This document shows, one piece after another, positions 10,160-19,990 of a stretch of 64,000 bases of DNA. The notes beneath the pieces were generated by a model that was not told where the DNA came from, made no database searches, and saw only the letters and a program-made list of their open reading frames with translations. The position numbers and the translations under genes are program-made. Every line of letters begins with the position of its first letter. Position 1 is the stretch's first letter. The DNA is from Candidatus Latescibacterota bacterium (GTDB lineage: Bacteria > Latescibacterota > UBA2968 > GCA-2709665): contig OZ252100.1 of the NCBI GenBank assembly GCA_965248435.1, positions 32,001 to 96,000 on the forward strand. The letters run 5' to 3'.

Positions 10160-10693
10160 ATGGCACACATTGTCCTCGTGACGGGTGGGGGCCGAAGCGG
10201 AAAGAGCAGCTACGCGCAAAAGTTGGCCGAGGCGCTCCCCGGCCAGCGGGCCTTTGTGGCTACCGGCGTCTCCGTGGATTGCGAGATGAAGGACAGGATT
10301 CTGTCACACCAGAGGGCGAGGCAGGATAAGGACTGGGAGACAATAGAGGAGCCGGTAGCGCTCTCTCGGATCCTCGAAGAGTCGAGACACGAAGTCCTGC
10401 TGGTAGACTGCCTGACCCTGTGGATCAACAATCTGATGCACGAAGCAGAGCTAGAAGGGCGACAGATCGAAGAGGCTGATGTGGAGACGTGTTGCGACAA
10501 TCTCCTGAAAGCGGCTTTGGATCGATCCGGGGCTATTATTCTTGTGACCAACGAAGTGGGCATGGGCATCGTACCCGATCATCCATCCGGCAGGAGATAT
10601 CGTGATCTGTTGGGGAGGTGCAACCAGAGGATCGCCCGCCAGGCAGATCGAGTTGTGCTGATGGTCTCCGGGATACCTCTAGATCTGAAATAG
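10160..10693 (+). CDS. cobU: adenosylcobinamide kinase/adenosylcobinamide-phosphate guanylyltransferase
   Basis: [40 protein letters not shown]. Confidence 0.95.
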   Translation: MAHIVLVTGGGRSGKSSYAQKLAEALPGQRAFVATGVSVDCEMKDRILSHQRARQDKDWETIEEPVALSRILEESRHEVLLVDCLTLWINNLMHEAELEGRQIEEADVETCCDNLLKAALDRSGAIILVTNEVGMGIVPDHPSGRRYRDLLGRCNQRIARQADRVVLMVSGIPLDLK

Positions 10694-10702
10694 GGACTGA
10701 GT

Positions 10703-11767
10703 ATGAGGCTCCTTGAATCGACGTTGCAGGCCATACAGGGACAGGACCAGGCGTCCCGGTCAAAGGCCAGGGCGCACCTGAGTCAGCTGACGATGCCACA
10801 TTGGGCCCTGGGCCGCCTGATGGATCTTGCCGAAGACCTCGCTGGAATGACGCGGTCACTGTCTCCGCCAACGGGGAAAAAAGCGATCGTAGTCATGGCG
10901 GGAGACCACGGCGTCGTTGAGGAGGGAGTGAGCGCCTATCCCCAGGAGGTGACCACCCAGATGGTACATAGCTTCATCGAGGGGGGTGCCGCGATCAATG
11001 CCCTGGCCCGGGTCAGCGAGATTCGTCTGATCGTGATGGATATGGGCATTGTCGGGGATCTTCAAGCCGCGGTACGAGCCGGAAAGCTTCAGTCCAGACG
11101 TATCGGGGCAGGCACAAAGAACATAGCGCGCGGGCCGGCGATGCTTAGAGAGGAGGCCGTTCGATCTCTGGAGGCTGGAATAGAGATCGCCAGTCAGCTG
11201 GGAGATTCAGTGGACCTTTTCGGGTCCGGGGATATGGGCATCGGGAATACGACGCCGAGTGCGGCCATAACTGCATCGGTCACGGGGCGGCCCGCAAAAG
11301 AAGTGACCGGCCGGGGCACCGGCGTGGATGACGAGCGGCTGGCGCACAAGGTCGAAGCAGTCGAACGCGCACTGGACCTGAATCGACCCGATCCGAAAGA
11401 CGGACTGGATGTGCTGGCCAAAGTGGGGGGGTTCGAAATTGGTGGAATCGCCGGCCTGATTCTGGGATCTGCTCGGCTGAAAAAGCCGGTCCTGGTCGAT
11501 GGGTTTATTTCGATGGCCGGCGCACTCATCGCGACCCTGCTCGCGCCCGATTCCGTCGACTATCTGATTGCGGCGCACCGGGGCTCGGAGCCCGGGCACG
11601 GTGTGATTCTTGAACACCTCGGTAAACTGCCGCTGCTCGATCTTGAGCTTCGCTTGGGAGAAGGAACCGGGGCGGCGCTGGCGATGCCCCTGGTCGAGGG
11701 GGCCGCCAGACTACTGACGGACGTGCAGACGTTTGATGCGGCCTCAGTATCGAAGGCTAAGGGGTGA
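10703..11767 (+). CDS. cobT: nicotinate-nucleotide--dimethylbenzimidazole phosphoribosyltransferase
   Basis: MAGDHGV..GVSAYPQEVT, GDMGIGNTT, GGFEIGG, LRLGEGTGA. Confidence 0.95.
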   Translation: MRLLESTLQAIQGQDQASRSKARAHLSQLTMPHWALGRLMDLAEDLAGMTRSLSPPTGKKAIVVMAGDHGVVEEGVSAYPQEVTTQMVHSFIEGGAAINALARVSEIRLIVMDMGIVGDLQAAVRAGKLQSRRIGAGTKNIARGPAMLREEAVRSLEAGIEIASQLGDSVDLFGSGDMGIGNTTPSAAITASVTGRPAKEVTGRGTGVDDERLAHKVEAVERALDLNRPDPKDGLDVLAKVGGFEIGGIAGLILGSARLKKPVLVDGFISMAGALIATLLAPDSVDYLIAAHRGSEPGHGVILEHLGKLPLLDLELRLGEGTGAALAMPLVEGAARLLTDVQTFDAASVSKAKG

Positions 11768-12513
11768 ATCGCCTTTTTGCCGCGATCCGTTTTCTGACGA
11801 TCCTGCCCCTTCCAGGAAGGCGGGGGTGTGAGCTTGAGGACCTGGCCCGGAGCTTGGTCTTTTTCCCCGTCGTTGGGCTTTTTATCGGGGCTCTGGCCGC
11901 CGCCTTCGCGTGGGGTTTGGGCCATCTGCTACCGGACCTGGTTACCGGCGTTTTGACGACGATCCTGCTCATCGGGGTCTCCGGTGGGCTGCATATGGAC
12001 GGCGCGTCTGACACGGCGGACGGATTCTTCAGCGCACGGCCTGAAGAACGTGTCTTGGAGATCATGAGGGACAGCAGAATCGGGGCGATGGGCGCGATTG
12101 CCATCGTCTCTCTTTTTTTACTAAAGGCTTCTGCATTGACCGGACTTTCAAACGAGATCCGCTGGCAGGCGGCGCTACTCATGCCGGTCGCGGGTCGGTG
12201 TGCGCTGGTTGTATCTATGGCAATTCTACCCTATGTGCGTGCGGAGGCCGGGATCGGATCTCCGTTCCATGAGAAGCGGCCACGATTCGCTGCCGCCTGG
12301 AGTCTCTTTCTGATGGGCTTGGTTGGCTGGGTCGTTGCTGAGATATCTGGATTGATCGCTGCTGGCGCCACGCTGGGTGCCATCTTACTCTTTGCCTACT
12401 ATGTCTATCGCAAGATCGGAGGTTCTACAGGTGATACACTTGGCGCGACGTGCGAGATCGTTGAATGCGTTCCGCCGTTGACGCTACTCATTTGGTTGGA
12501 CGTAGCCATATAA
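11764..12513 (+). CDS. cobS: adenosylcobinamide-GDP ribazoletransferase (cobalamin synthase)
   Basis: FLTILP, GGLHMDGASDTADG, IMRDSRIGAMG, GGSTGDTLGA; hydrophobic. Confidence 0.95.
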   Translation: MNRLFAAIRFLTILPLPGRRGCELEDLARSLVFFPVVGLFIGALAAAFAWGLGHLLPDLVTGVLTTILLIGVSGGLHMDGASDTADGFFSARPEERVLEIMRDSRIGAMGAIAIVSLFLLKASALTGLSNEIRWQAALLMPVAGRCALVVSMAILPYVRAEAGIGSPFHEKRPRFAAAWSLFLMGLVGWVVAEISGLIAAGATLGAILLFAYYVYRKIGGSTGDTLGATCEIVECVPPLTLLIWLDVAI

Positions 12514-12539
12514 GAATGTTTCGAAGATTCTCTGACTTG

Positions 12540-12573
12540 AACTTCCCCGGGCATCCGCTCGGGGAAGTTTTTC
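12540..12573 (+). terminator. intrinsic terminator after cob operon
   Basis: AACTTCCCCGGGC-ATCC-GCTCGGGGAAGTT-TTT. Confidence 0.75.
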
Positions 12574-12661
12574 GTAAGTTCACTAGGAATGGATTGATTC
12601 CCATCGCCATCACGCCTATCTTGGCGGGGGGAAACGAATTTTCATAGCACGGGAGGCTCAG

Positions 12662-13450
12662 ATGGAGACCCACTTCTTCGCCGGTTTAGATGGTGGCCCG
12701 AGATCCGAGAAGCCCAGGAAAGAGGGGAGGACGATGGTCGTCGACTGGGGTCTAGGACCACACGCCCAGGAGGATCTGGTCGTCACCGGGGGAGGCTATT
12801 TCGACTTTGCAAAAGTCGCCATCGGCTACTCGCGGCTCTACTCGAACGATGTCCTCGGCAATAAGATCAAACACTATCAGGAGCACGGAATCGAGCCCTT
12901 TCCCGGGGGGCAGTACTTCGAGTATGCCGGGGTCGAGGGGAAGTCGGACCTCTATTTGCCGGCAGCGTGCAAGGCAGGCTACCGATGGGTGGAAGTGTCG
13001 GATAATCAGGCCGGTGTTTCGCTGGACTGGAAGCTTCAGATGATTCAATCCGCGAGGGAAGAGTTCGGCCTCTCGGTCCTGGGCGAAGTCGGGCAAAAGG
13101 AGGGCCTCGAGGCCGCCGTCTCTATGGCGGATGACGTGAAGGCCTGTCTGGATGCCGGTTCGGAGATCGTTCTCCTGGAAGCAGCGGAACTGGTGAGTGA
13201 TGACCCCGAGACGAAAAAGGAAGTGGACGAAGTCGTCGCGGTTGTAGAACTGAAACTACTCATGTTCGAGCTGCCCGGTCCGTGGATTCCCGGTACCAAC
13301 CTGCACGACATCCACGCCATGCGCAGGCAGCTCATCGACCGTTATGGTCCGGAGGTCAACCTCGGCAACGTGCTTGCCGACGATCTGATAGACCTGGAGG
13401 CCTACAGACGAGGACTGGGGATCACTGCGGGAAGAAAAGGCGAGGACTGA
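12662..13450 (+). CDS. comA: phosphosulfolactate synthase (ComA family)
   Basis: RSEKPRKEGRTMVVDWG, DFAK, GG..FE, VEVSD, EVGQK, FE.P, GPEVNLGNV..LEAYRRGL. Confidence 0.85.
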   Translation: METHFFAGLDGGPRSEKPRKEGRTMVVDWGLGPHAQEDLVVTGGGYFDFAKVAIGYSRLYSNDVLGNKIKHYQEHGIEPFPGGQYFEYAGVEGKSDLYLPAACKAGYRWVEVSDNQAGVSLDWKLQMIQSAREEFGLSVLGEVGQKEGLEAAVSMADDVKACLDAGSEIVLLEAAELVSDDPETKKEVDEVVAVVELKLLMFELPGPWIPGTNLHDIHAMRRQLIDRYGPEVNLGNVLADDLIDLEAYRRGLGITAGRKGED

Positions 13451-13467
13451 TCCGAGGTTCCAAGGCA

Positions 13468-14772
13468 ATGGCTCGAGACGAAAGAAAGGCGATCACCGGC
13501 TGGGCGTTCTACGACTGGGCCAATTCCGGGTTTGCCACAACCGTCGTTGCAGGATTCTTTCCGATCTTCTTCAAACAATTCTGGAGCTCGGGGATCGACA
13601 CAACGCTGAGCACTGCCAGGTTGGGTCTGGCAAATTCGCTGGCGGGCATCGTTGTGGCCTTCTTTGCACCCGTGCTTGGTGCCATCGCAGACCGGGGAAC
13701 CTCCAAGCGGAAATTCCTCCTGTCTTTCGCCTACCTCGGCGCGGCGACGACGGCCTGTCTATATTTCGTCGAGAGGGGCAATTGGCCTTCGGCCGTATTG
13801 GTTTTTGTGATCGCAAGTATCGCCTTCTCAGGCGGAAACATCTTCTACGACGCGCTGATCACGGTCGTTGCGTCTGAAAAGAAACTAGACTTTATATCGT
13901 CGCTCGGATTTTCGCTGGGATACCTCGGAGGCGGGATCCTCTTCGCGGTAAATGTCTGGATGACGCTGCGGCCGGAAACCTTCGGGTTCGCAGATTCTGT
14001 TGAGGCGGTTCGGTTCAGTTTCGTTTCTGTGGGCGTCTGGTGGGCGATTTTTTCCATTCCGCTCATTCTGTTCGTCAGAGAACCGGAATCAGAGAAGGCC
14101 GCACCAGGGTTTAAGGCAATCGGGGAAGGTGTTGCTCAGTTGATGGCGACGTTTAGGGAGATCCGGCACCTCAAACCGATCTGTCTGTTTCTCGCGGCGT
14201 ATTGGCTCTACATAGATGGCGTGGATACGATCATCAGGATGGCCGTGGCCTATGGCATCTCGATCGGGTTCGAGGCGAATGACCTGATCGTGGCTCTGCT
14301 AATCACACAGTTTGTTGGATTTCCGTTCGCGATCGGGTTTGGCCTTCTGGGTAAACGGATCGGAGCCAGACCCGCGATCTTCCTCGCTATCTTTGTCTAC
14401 CTGTTCGTGTCCATTTGGGGCGCTTTCATACAAACCAAAGGTGAATTCTATACGCTGGCTGTGTTGATCGGAATGGTGCAAGGAGGCATTCAGGCACTGA
14501 GTCGGTCCTACTATGCGAAGCTGATCCCGCTGGACAAATCGGCAGAATATTTCGGTTTCTACAACATGATCGGAAAGGTTGCGGCCGTGATCGGTCCCGC
14601 CCTGGTTGCGTCGCTCGGCCTGTTTATCAGGGATATCGGTTACAGCAGCGACGTCGCATCAAGAGCCAGCATCAGTTCGGTCGCGCTGCTGTTCCTGGCG
14701 GGCGGCTGTCTGCTCTACTTCGTGGATGAAGAGAAGGGGAAGAGAGAGGCGGCTTACCTCTCTGGAGAATAG
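13468..14772 (+). CDS. MFS transporter, UMF1/Atg22 (BtlA-like) family
   Basis: GWAFYDWANS, APVLGAIAD, GGIQALSRS, EYFGFY; about 12 TM helices. Confidence 0.88.
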   Translation: MARDERKAITGWAFYDWANSGFATTVVAGFFPIFFKQFWSSGIDTTLSTARLGLANSLAGIVVAFFAPVLGAIADRGTSKRKFLLSFAYLGAATTACLYFVERGNWPSAVLVFVIASIAFSGGNIFYDALITVVASEKKLDFISSLGFSLGYLGGGILFAVNVWMTLRPETFGFADSVEAVRFSFVSVGVWWAIFSIPLILFVREPESEKAAPGFKAIGEGVAQLMATFREIRHLKPICLFLAAYWLYIDGVDTIIRMAVAYGISIGFEANDLIVALLITQFVGFPFAIGFGLLGKRIGARPAIFLAIFVYLFVSIWGAFIQTKGEFYTLAVLIGMVQGGIQALSRSYYAKLIPLDKSAEYFGFYNMIGKVAAVIGPALVASLGLFIRDIGYSSDVASRASISSVALLFLAGGCLLYFVDEEKGKREAAYLSGE

Positions 14773-14807
14773 ACGGAAAATCAGTTGCGGATTTCGGAGA
14801 GTTATGA

Positions 14808-15647
14808 TTAACGCGCCAATGACCGAAAGTAGTCCCTGTAGCGAATCGTCTCAGTGAGATTGTCACATTCGTTGCAGCGTTCCCATTCCGTCCAGACGTA
14901 CTCGATTCCGACCCATCCCCTGTAGCCTGTCCTCTGCATGGCCCTGAAGACCCGTTTGTAATCGATGACGTTTCGATCGAAACCTTCCTGCAGTCGGCCC
15001 CTGCGCCCGCCTCTGACGTGAAAGTGGCTGGCGTATTTCATTAGGGGTTCAATCTCGGCATCGGTCAGTCCGATTCGCGTAAAGTGGGTATAGTCTAAAG
15101 TAAGGGTCAAGCCCTGCACCTGTTCGACGAGCTTTGCTGCCCCATTGGGGCGTGGAACGATCGAACCGATGTGGGCCTCGACACCGAAAACGATCTTGTG
15201 CTGCCTCGCTTGTTCAACCCGCCAACTCAGTTCATCGACGGTCCGCGCAAGAGAATCCTTGGGAGACTCCTCCTCGAAACGCATACCCGGTAGACACGTT
15301 ACGTGCTTGCATCCGCATTCGGCCGCGTAGTCCAGCGTCTTGTCGAACCAGTCTCGAGCCTTTCGCCGTCTCAGGGCCAGGGGATGGTTAGCCGCGAATG
15401 GCCCGGGGTTCGCGTCAGCCTGGAGAAAGACATCGGCCGCTTTGAGCCCCAGGCCGTCGAGCTTCTTTTTCAATCGTCTGGCTGATCTGCTCGGGTTCTT
15501 GAACTCAGTCGAGGGCTGGAGGTGCGAGCGGTTTTCGAAGAGCCCGATGTCCACGCCCTTGAATTCCAGCGTTGAGATGAGCTTAAGCACATCGTCGTGC
15601 GGCAGTAGCGGAAAGGTAAAATCGGCGCAGGCGAGTTTGAGTCTCAC
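14808..15647 (-). CDS. sugar phosphate isomerase/epimerase (xylose isomerase-like TIM barrel)
   Basis: VEAH, LTLDYTH, HFHVRG, GYRGWVGIEY; GTG start overlapping upstream stop. Confidence 0.8.
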   Translation of the reverse strand: MRLKLACADFTFPLLPHDDVLKLISTLEFKGVDIGLFENRSHLQPSTEFKNPSRSARRLKKKLDGLGLKAADVFLQADANPGPFAANHPLALRRRKARDWFDKTLDYAAECGCKHVTCLPGMRFEEESPKDSLARTVDELSWRVEQARQHKIVFGVEAHIGSIVPRPNGAAKLVEQVQGLTLTLDYTHFTRIGLTDAEIEPLMKYASHFHVRGGRRGRLQEGFDRNVIDYKRVFRAMQRTGYRGWVGIEYVWTEWERCNECDNLTETIRYRDYFRSLAR

Positions 15648-16453
15648 GAGTCTTCCATAAACTTCGTATGCGAAGTCTCCCATTCAGCGGCGGCCGTATA
15701 CCCGCAGTCGATGACAAGAGAGGTCCCCGTCACGCCAGCAGAGTCCTCGCACGAAAAGTAAAGGATCGACTTCGCGATTTCCCCTGGGCTCAGCGCGACG
15801 CCCATCGGTACCCGACGGAGACGCCCGGAAAGCGTCGCCTCTGGGTCGTCCGTCGTTTCAAGATGTTCCCGCAGCATGGGGGTATCGGTGATTCCCGGAC
15901 AGACACAGTTACAGCGCAGTCCGTCGGCGGCGTAATCCAGCGCGATCGATCTCGTCAGACCGAGGACTGCATACTTGGACGTCGTATAGACCGGCGTCAA
16001 CGCCTGACCGACAAAGCTGCTGATCGAACCGACATTGACCACGTAGCTCCGCGCATTCCTTCTAAAGTGATCTAAGCCGTACTTCGTCGAATAAAAGATC
16101 GATTTGACGTTCACGTTCATCACGCGGTCCCAGTCCTCGTCTGAGTGCTCGTGCAAAGGGTCAACGTGTACGATGCCCGCACAGTTGACGACGATCTGCA
16201 AACCCCCGAAATGCTCGGCTGTCTTGGCGATCGACTCACGAACCTGGGTTTCGCTGGTGACGTCGCATTCGACAGAGACGGCGTCCCCTCCGCTTTCGAT
16301 TATTCCATCAGCGACGTTTCGACCTTTGTCTCCCTGGACATCAACGACGGCGACTTTTGCTCCTTCCTGAGCAAATAGCTGGGCGGTCGCCTCACCCATC
16401 CCTGAGGCACCCCCGGTGATCCACGCCACCTGACCTTCGAGGCGTCCCGGCAT
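15644..16453 (-). CDS. SDR family oxidoreductase
   Basis: ITGGASGMG, VNCAG, YTTSK catalytic motif, VCPG. Confidence 0.92.
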   Translation of the reverse strand: MPGRLEGQVAWITGGASGMGEATAQLFAQEGAKVAVVDVQGDKGRNVADGIIESGGDAVSVECDVTSETQVRESIAKTAEHFGGLQIVVNCAGIVHVDPLHEHSDEDWDRVMNVNVKSIFYSTKYGLDHFRRNARSYVVNVGSISSFVGQALTPVYTTSKYAVLGLTRSIALDYAADGLRCNCVCPGITDTPMLREHLETTDDPEATLSGRLRRVPMGVALSPGEIAKSILYFSCEDSAGVTGTSLVIDCGYTAAAEWETSHTKFMEDS

Positions 16454-16457
16454 CCGA

Positions 16458-17516
16458 TCATTCCTCCTGTGAAGTCTCGACCGCGATTCGAGCCCACTTA
16501 TCCTGGAAGCATTTACGGTCGAAGACCTCCGGATTCAAGACCCCGTTGGGTCGCTTGCCCTTATACAGATCTACCATTCCCTGGCATACCGCCTTTCCGA
16601 TGTCCCGGACAAGTTCATCTGTCCAAGCGATGGAGTGTGGAGCGAGCAGTACGTTTTCGAGTTGGCCAAACCGGTGAGGAGAGACGATTGGCTCGCCCAC
16701 GAAACAGTCTAGCGCAGCCCCCGCAATCGCCCCTTCTTTCAGTGCGTCGTAAAGGGCATCTTCGTTTACGATGCCCCCGCGTGCAGTATTGAGCAGAAAG
16801 GCGCCAGGTTTCATGAGCGCGAGTTCTGAGGGGCCAATCAGGTCATTCGTCTCCTCATTCAAGGGGCAATGGATAGAAACGAAATCGGCCTGGGCCATCA
16901 GTTCCTTCAAGGGAACCAGCTTGACCCCCAGCCTATCGGCCTCGGAGGGATCCACGTATGGATCGAAGGCGAGCGGCGGCTTCATCCCAAAGACACTCAA
17001 GAGACGAATCGTTTCCCGGGCGATTCCACCGAGCCCTACAGTCCCGAGCGTGCGGTCCCGCAACTCAACACCCATATACCCGGTACGGTCGTCCCATCTG
17101 CCTTCCCGAAGGAGCTGGTCCTTGACGCGAACGTGATGGGCCAACGCGATCATCCATCCAACCGTCGCCTCGGCGACCGGGCGGTCCACGGCGCCTCGTG
17201 TGATAAAGACGACAACATCTGCCGAGGTACAGGCCTGGACATCCACCGCATCGAAACCCACGCCAAACCGGCCCAAAGCAAGCAGGTTCTCGGAGTTGGA
17301 AACGGTATCCCTGTTCACGACCTGACCGTGTACGATCACGCCGTTTGCCTGAAGAATCTGGTCGGGCGTGATGGGACTCCGGTCCTCAGAGAGGGGGAAA
17401 AGCTCGATTTCACGATATTCCCGAAAGATGGAAATGGCCGTATGTTTGAATTTGGACTCTCCTTCATAAAAGTCCGCGGAGACTGCAACTCGGAAGGGCT
17501 TGGAACCTGGCGTCAA
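16458..17516 (-). CDS. D-isomer-specific 2-hydroxyacid dehydrogenase
   Basis: GVGFDAVD, VGLGGIA, DFVSIHCPL, LNTARGGIV, LAPH. Confidence 0.9.
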   Translation of the reverse strand: MTPGSKPFRVAVSADFYEGESKFKHTAISIFREYREIELFPLSEDRSPITPDQILQANGVIVHGQVVNRDTVSNSENLLALGRFGVGFDAVDVQACTSADVVVFITRGAVDRPVAEATVGWMIALAHHVRVKDQLLREGRWDDRTGYMGVELRDRTLGTVGLGGIARETIRLLSVFGMKPPLAFDPYVDPSEADRLGVKLVPLKELMAQADFVSIHCPLNEETNDLIGPSELALMKPGAFLLNTARGGIVNEDALYDALKEGAIAGAALDCFVGEPIVSPHRFGQLENVLLAPHSIAWTDELVRDIGKAVCQGMVDLYKGKRPNGVLNPEVFDRKCFQDKWARIAVETSQEE

Positions 17517-17724
17517 AGCGCTACTCTTTTTCGGGTTGTGCGGTGCAAGCGAACGGGTGGAGATGGAGCTTCACCAGGCAACATCTGGACTAATAGCACA
17601 TTTGTCAAGCGTGTCAGGAATGAGGTGGAATGTCTTGCTTCTTGAACATGGAGCCCTTATTTTGATGCCGAATGTTCCGAATTCTGGTGCTGGGGCAAGC
17701 AAGGTTTGAGGAGATCATCTGGTC

Positions 17725-18505
17725 TTGGGTGGAACGCTATGGACCATAGGAACTGTGGTTGGTATTCTGTCGAGCGTTTCATCCGCATCCTCTCAGGTAA
17801 ATATCGAAAAGTTGAGAAGGGAGGAGGATCAGAGAGGACTGAGCGGGACCGTCGACGTTGATGTCTCAGGGCGATCCGGCAACGTGGATGTGTGGCAAGT
17901 TGCGGTTGGTGGTCGGGTGGATTTCGCCGGGCCGTCGGCCACGACGCTTTTCGTCACTCGAGCGGACTTTGGATGGGAAGATGGCAAACGGTTCTCGAAC
18001 GAGGCGCTACTCCACCTGAGACGTGTTCACCGAAACCGATCCTGGCTTCGACCAGAAGCGTTCGTCCAGATAAACTACGATAAACCACGGCTTCTCACCT
18101 TCCGCGGGCTTCTAGTTTCTAGGGGCTGGTCTCCGTATCGGAATCGCTTCCTCTGAAAATTTCGCGTTCTGGTGGGGTTCAGCCTACATGGTCGAGCACG
18201 AGAGCCTGGAGCTTCCCGAGGGCGCACGTCATTCCAAGCGTGTTTGGGTGCATCGGTGGAGCAATTACCTCTCTTCGCGAGCAGTGTTGAGCGAACGGGC
18301 AACACTGCTCTGGTCAGCCTATCTCCAGCCTCGTATCAACGTATTTGAAGATGTCAGGGCCATAGCCGAACTGGATATTGGCGTAGAATTGACAAGCCGA
18401 TTTTCTTTCGTGGTGAGCTTCCGCACCCGGTACGACAGTCGGCCGCCGGACGACACCGAGTCGACAGACACATCGCTTTCAACGGGAATTTCCGTCGCAT
18501 TCTAG
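17725..18505 (+). pseudogene. DUF481-like outer-membrane beta-barrel, frameshifted
   Basis: ORFs 17725-18156 and 18188-18505 join into one continuous frame (...RGLLGAGLRIGIASSENFAFWWGSAYMVEHE...) if 7 nt (TTTCTAG) at 18116-18122 are removed; ends in F. Confidence 0.75.
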
Positions 18506-18528
18506 AAAAGGGGCGTCGAACAGCTTCT

Positions 18529-19621
18529 ATGGTTGAGGAAAAGATCTATCGCGCAGGGGCCATTGGGAGGACGGGCGGGGGAAACTACGGTCACGGAATT
18601 CATCTGGGTTACAAAGGGCACGAGCGGATCGAGTTCGTTTCAGTCGCCGATCCGGATGAGGAAGGTCGCCAAAGGGCTGAAGCCGAAACCGGCGCGAAAC
18701 GCACCTACGCGGATTACCAGGAGATGCTTGAACGGGAATCGCTTGATCTAGTAAGTGTCTGCCCGCGCTGGGTGGACTGCCATCTGGAGATGGTGCTGGC
18801 GTGTGTGGAGGCAGGCTGTCACGTATACTGTGAGAAACCCATGGCGATGCGTCTGGATGATGCAGACCGGATGGTCTCGGCGGCTGATCGCAGGGGTGTA
18901 AGAATTGCAGTTGCACATCAAGGGGTCTACCTGCCTCAAACCCGGGAAGCGAAGCGGCTCGTGGAGTCGGGTCGAATCGGGGACCCCCCATACAGTCTAT
19001 GCCTGGGGCAAACAGGACCATCGAGGGGGTGGAGAAGACACGATGGTGCTTGGGACGCACCTCTTCAACACGATGCGCTTTTTCTTCTCGGAGGTGGCCT
19101 GGATGTTCGCACACGTGACGGTTGAAGGGAGGGAAATTGGACCGGGCGATGTAAGGGATGGGAATGAACCGATTGGTCCAGTGGCCGGAGACTGTGTGGA
19201 GAGCTACTTCTCTTTTCAATCCGGCGTGAGTGGATTCTTTCGTTCGCGCGCCAACAGCCACCCAGGGGACCGGCCCTACGGGATGGAGATTGCGGGCCAG
19301 GAAGGACGCCTCGCGCTTTGGGGGGGATCGCCGGACCAGATTTTCCTGTGTCCCTACGGAGGTTCTGCTCCCGAGCGTCCTGACCGGGTATGGCAGCGGC
19401 TGGATGTCGAAACCGCGCCCTATACGGGGGGAAATAGTCGGGCCATCCAGGACCTGATTCAATCGATAGAGGAAGATCGCGACCCGCTCTCCAGCGGGCG
19501 AGATGCCACTTCGGCGCTCGAGATGATTCTGGGCGCATACGAATCTCAGATCTCGGGCGGACGCGTAGAATTTCCAATGAGCGAGCGAACCCACCCACTC
19601 GACCGGCTGCGTTGCAATTGA
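18529..19621 (+). pseudogene. Gfo/Idh/MocA oxidoreductase with +1 frameshift
   Basis: N-half (AIGRTGGGNYGHG, YCEKP) and C-half (KQDHRGGGED...) are in different frames; the shift is in GGGGACCCCCC at about 18979-18989. Confidence 0.8.
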
Positions 19622-19990
19622 GAACATAATCCGTCACAAGTTGAGAGGCCACATGTCGAGGGGAAAAAGTTACAGGGCCGGTGCCATCGGCCGCACGGGG
19701 AAGGGCCGCTACGGGCATGGCCTTCACCTGGCCTACAAGGAAATCGACGAAGTAGATCTGGTCGCGATCGCCGATCCGGACGATGAAGGACGCGCGGCCG
19801 CAAAAGAAGAAACAGGGGCCAAGACGGACTACGCCGATTACCGGGATATGCTGGAAAAGGAAGATCTGGATATTGTCAGCGTCTGCCCAAGATGGGTGGA
19901 CTGCCATCTCGAGATGGTGCTGGCCTGCGCCGATGCGGGATGCCACATCTACTGTGAGAAACCGATCGCGATGAGCTTGGAGGATGCCGA
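18867..19990 (+). repeat. 1,124-bp direct repeat, copy 1
   Basis: Appears identical to 22486-23609 (offset 3619): same ORF translations, including the same frameshift. Confidence 0.95.
19653..19990 (+). pseudogene. truncated 5' copy of the Gfo/Idh/MocA gene at 23272
   Basis: Identical N-terminus to ...IAMSLEDA, then runs into unrelated patchwork sequence. Confidence 0.9.
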
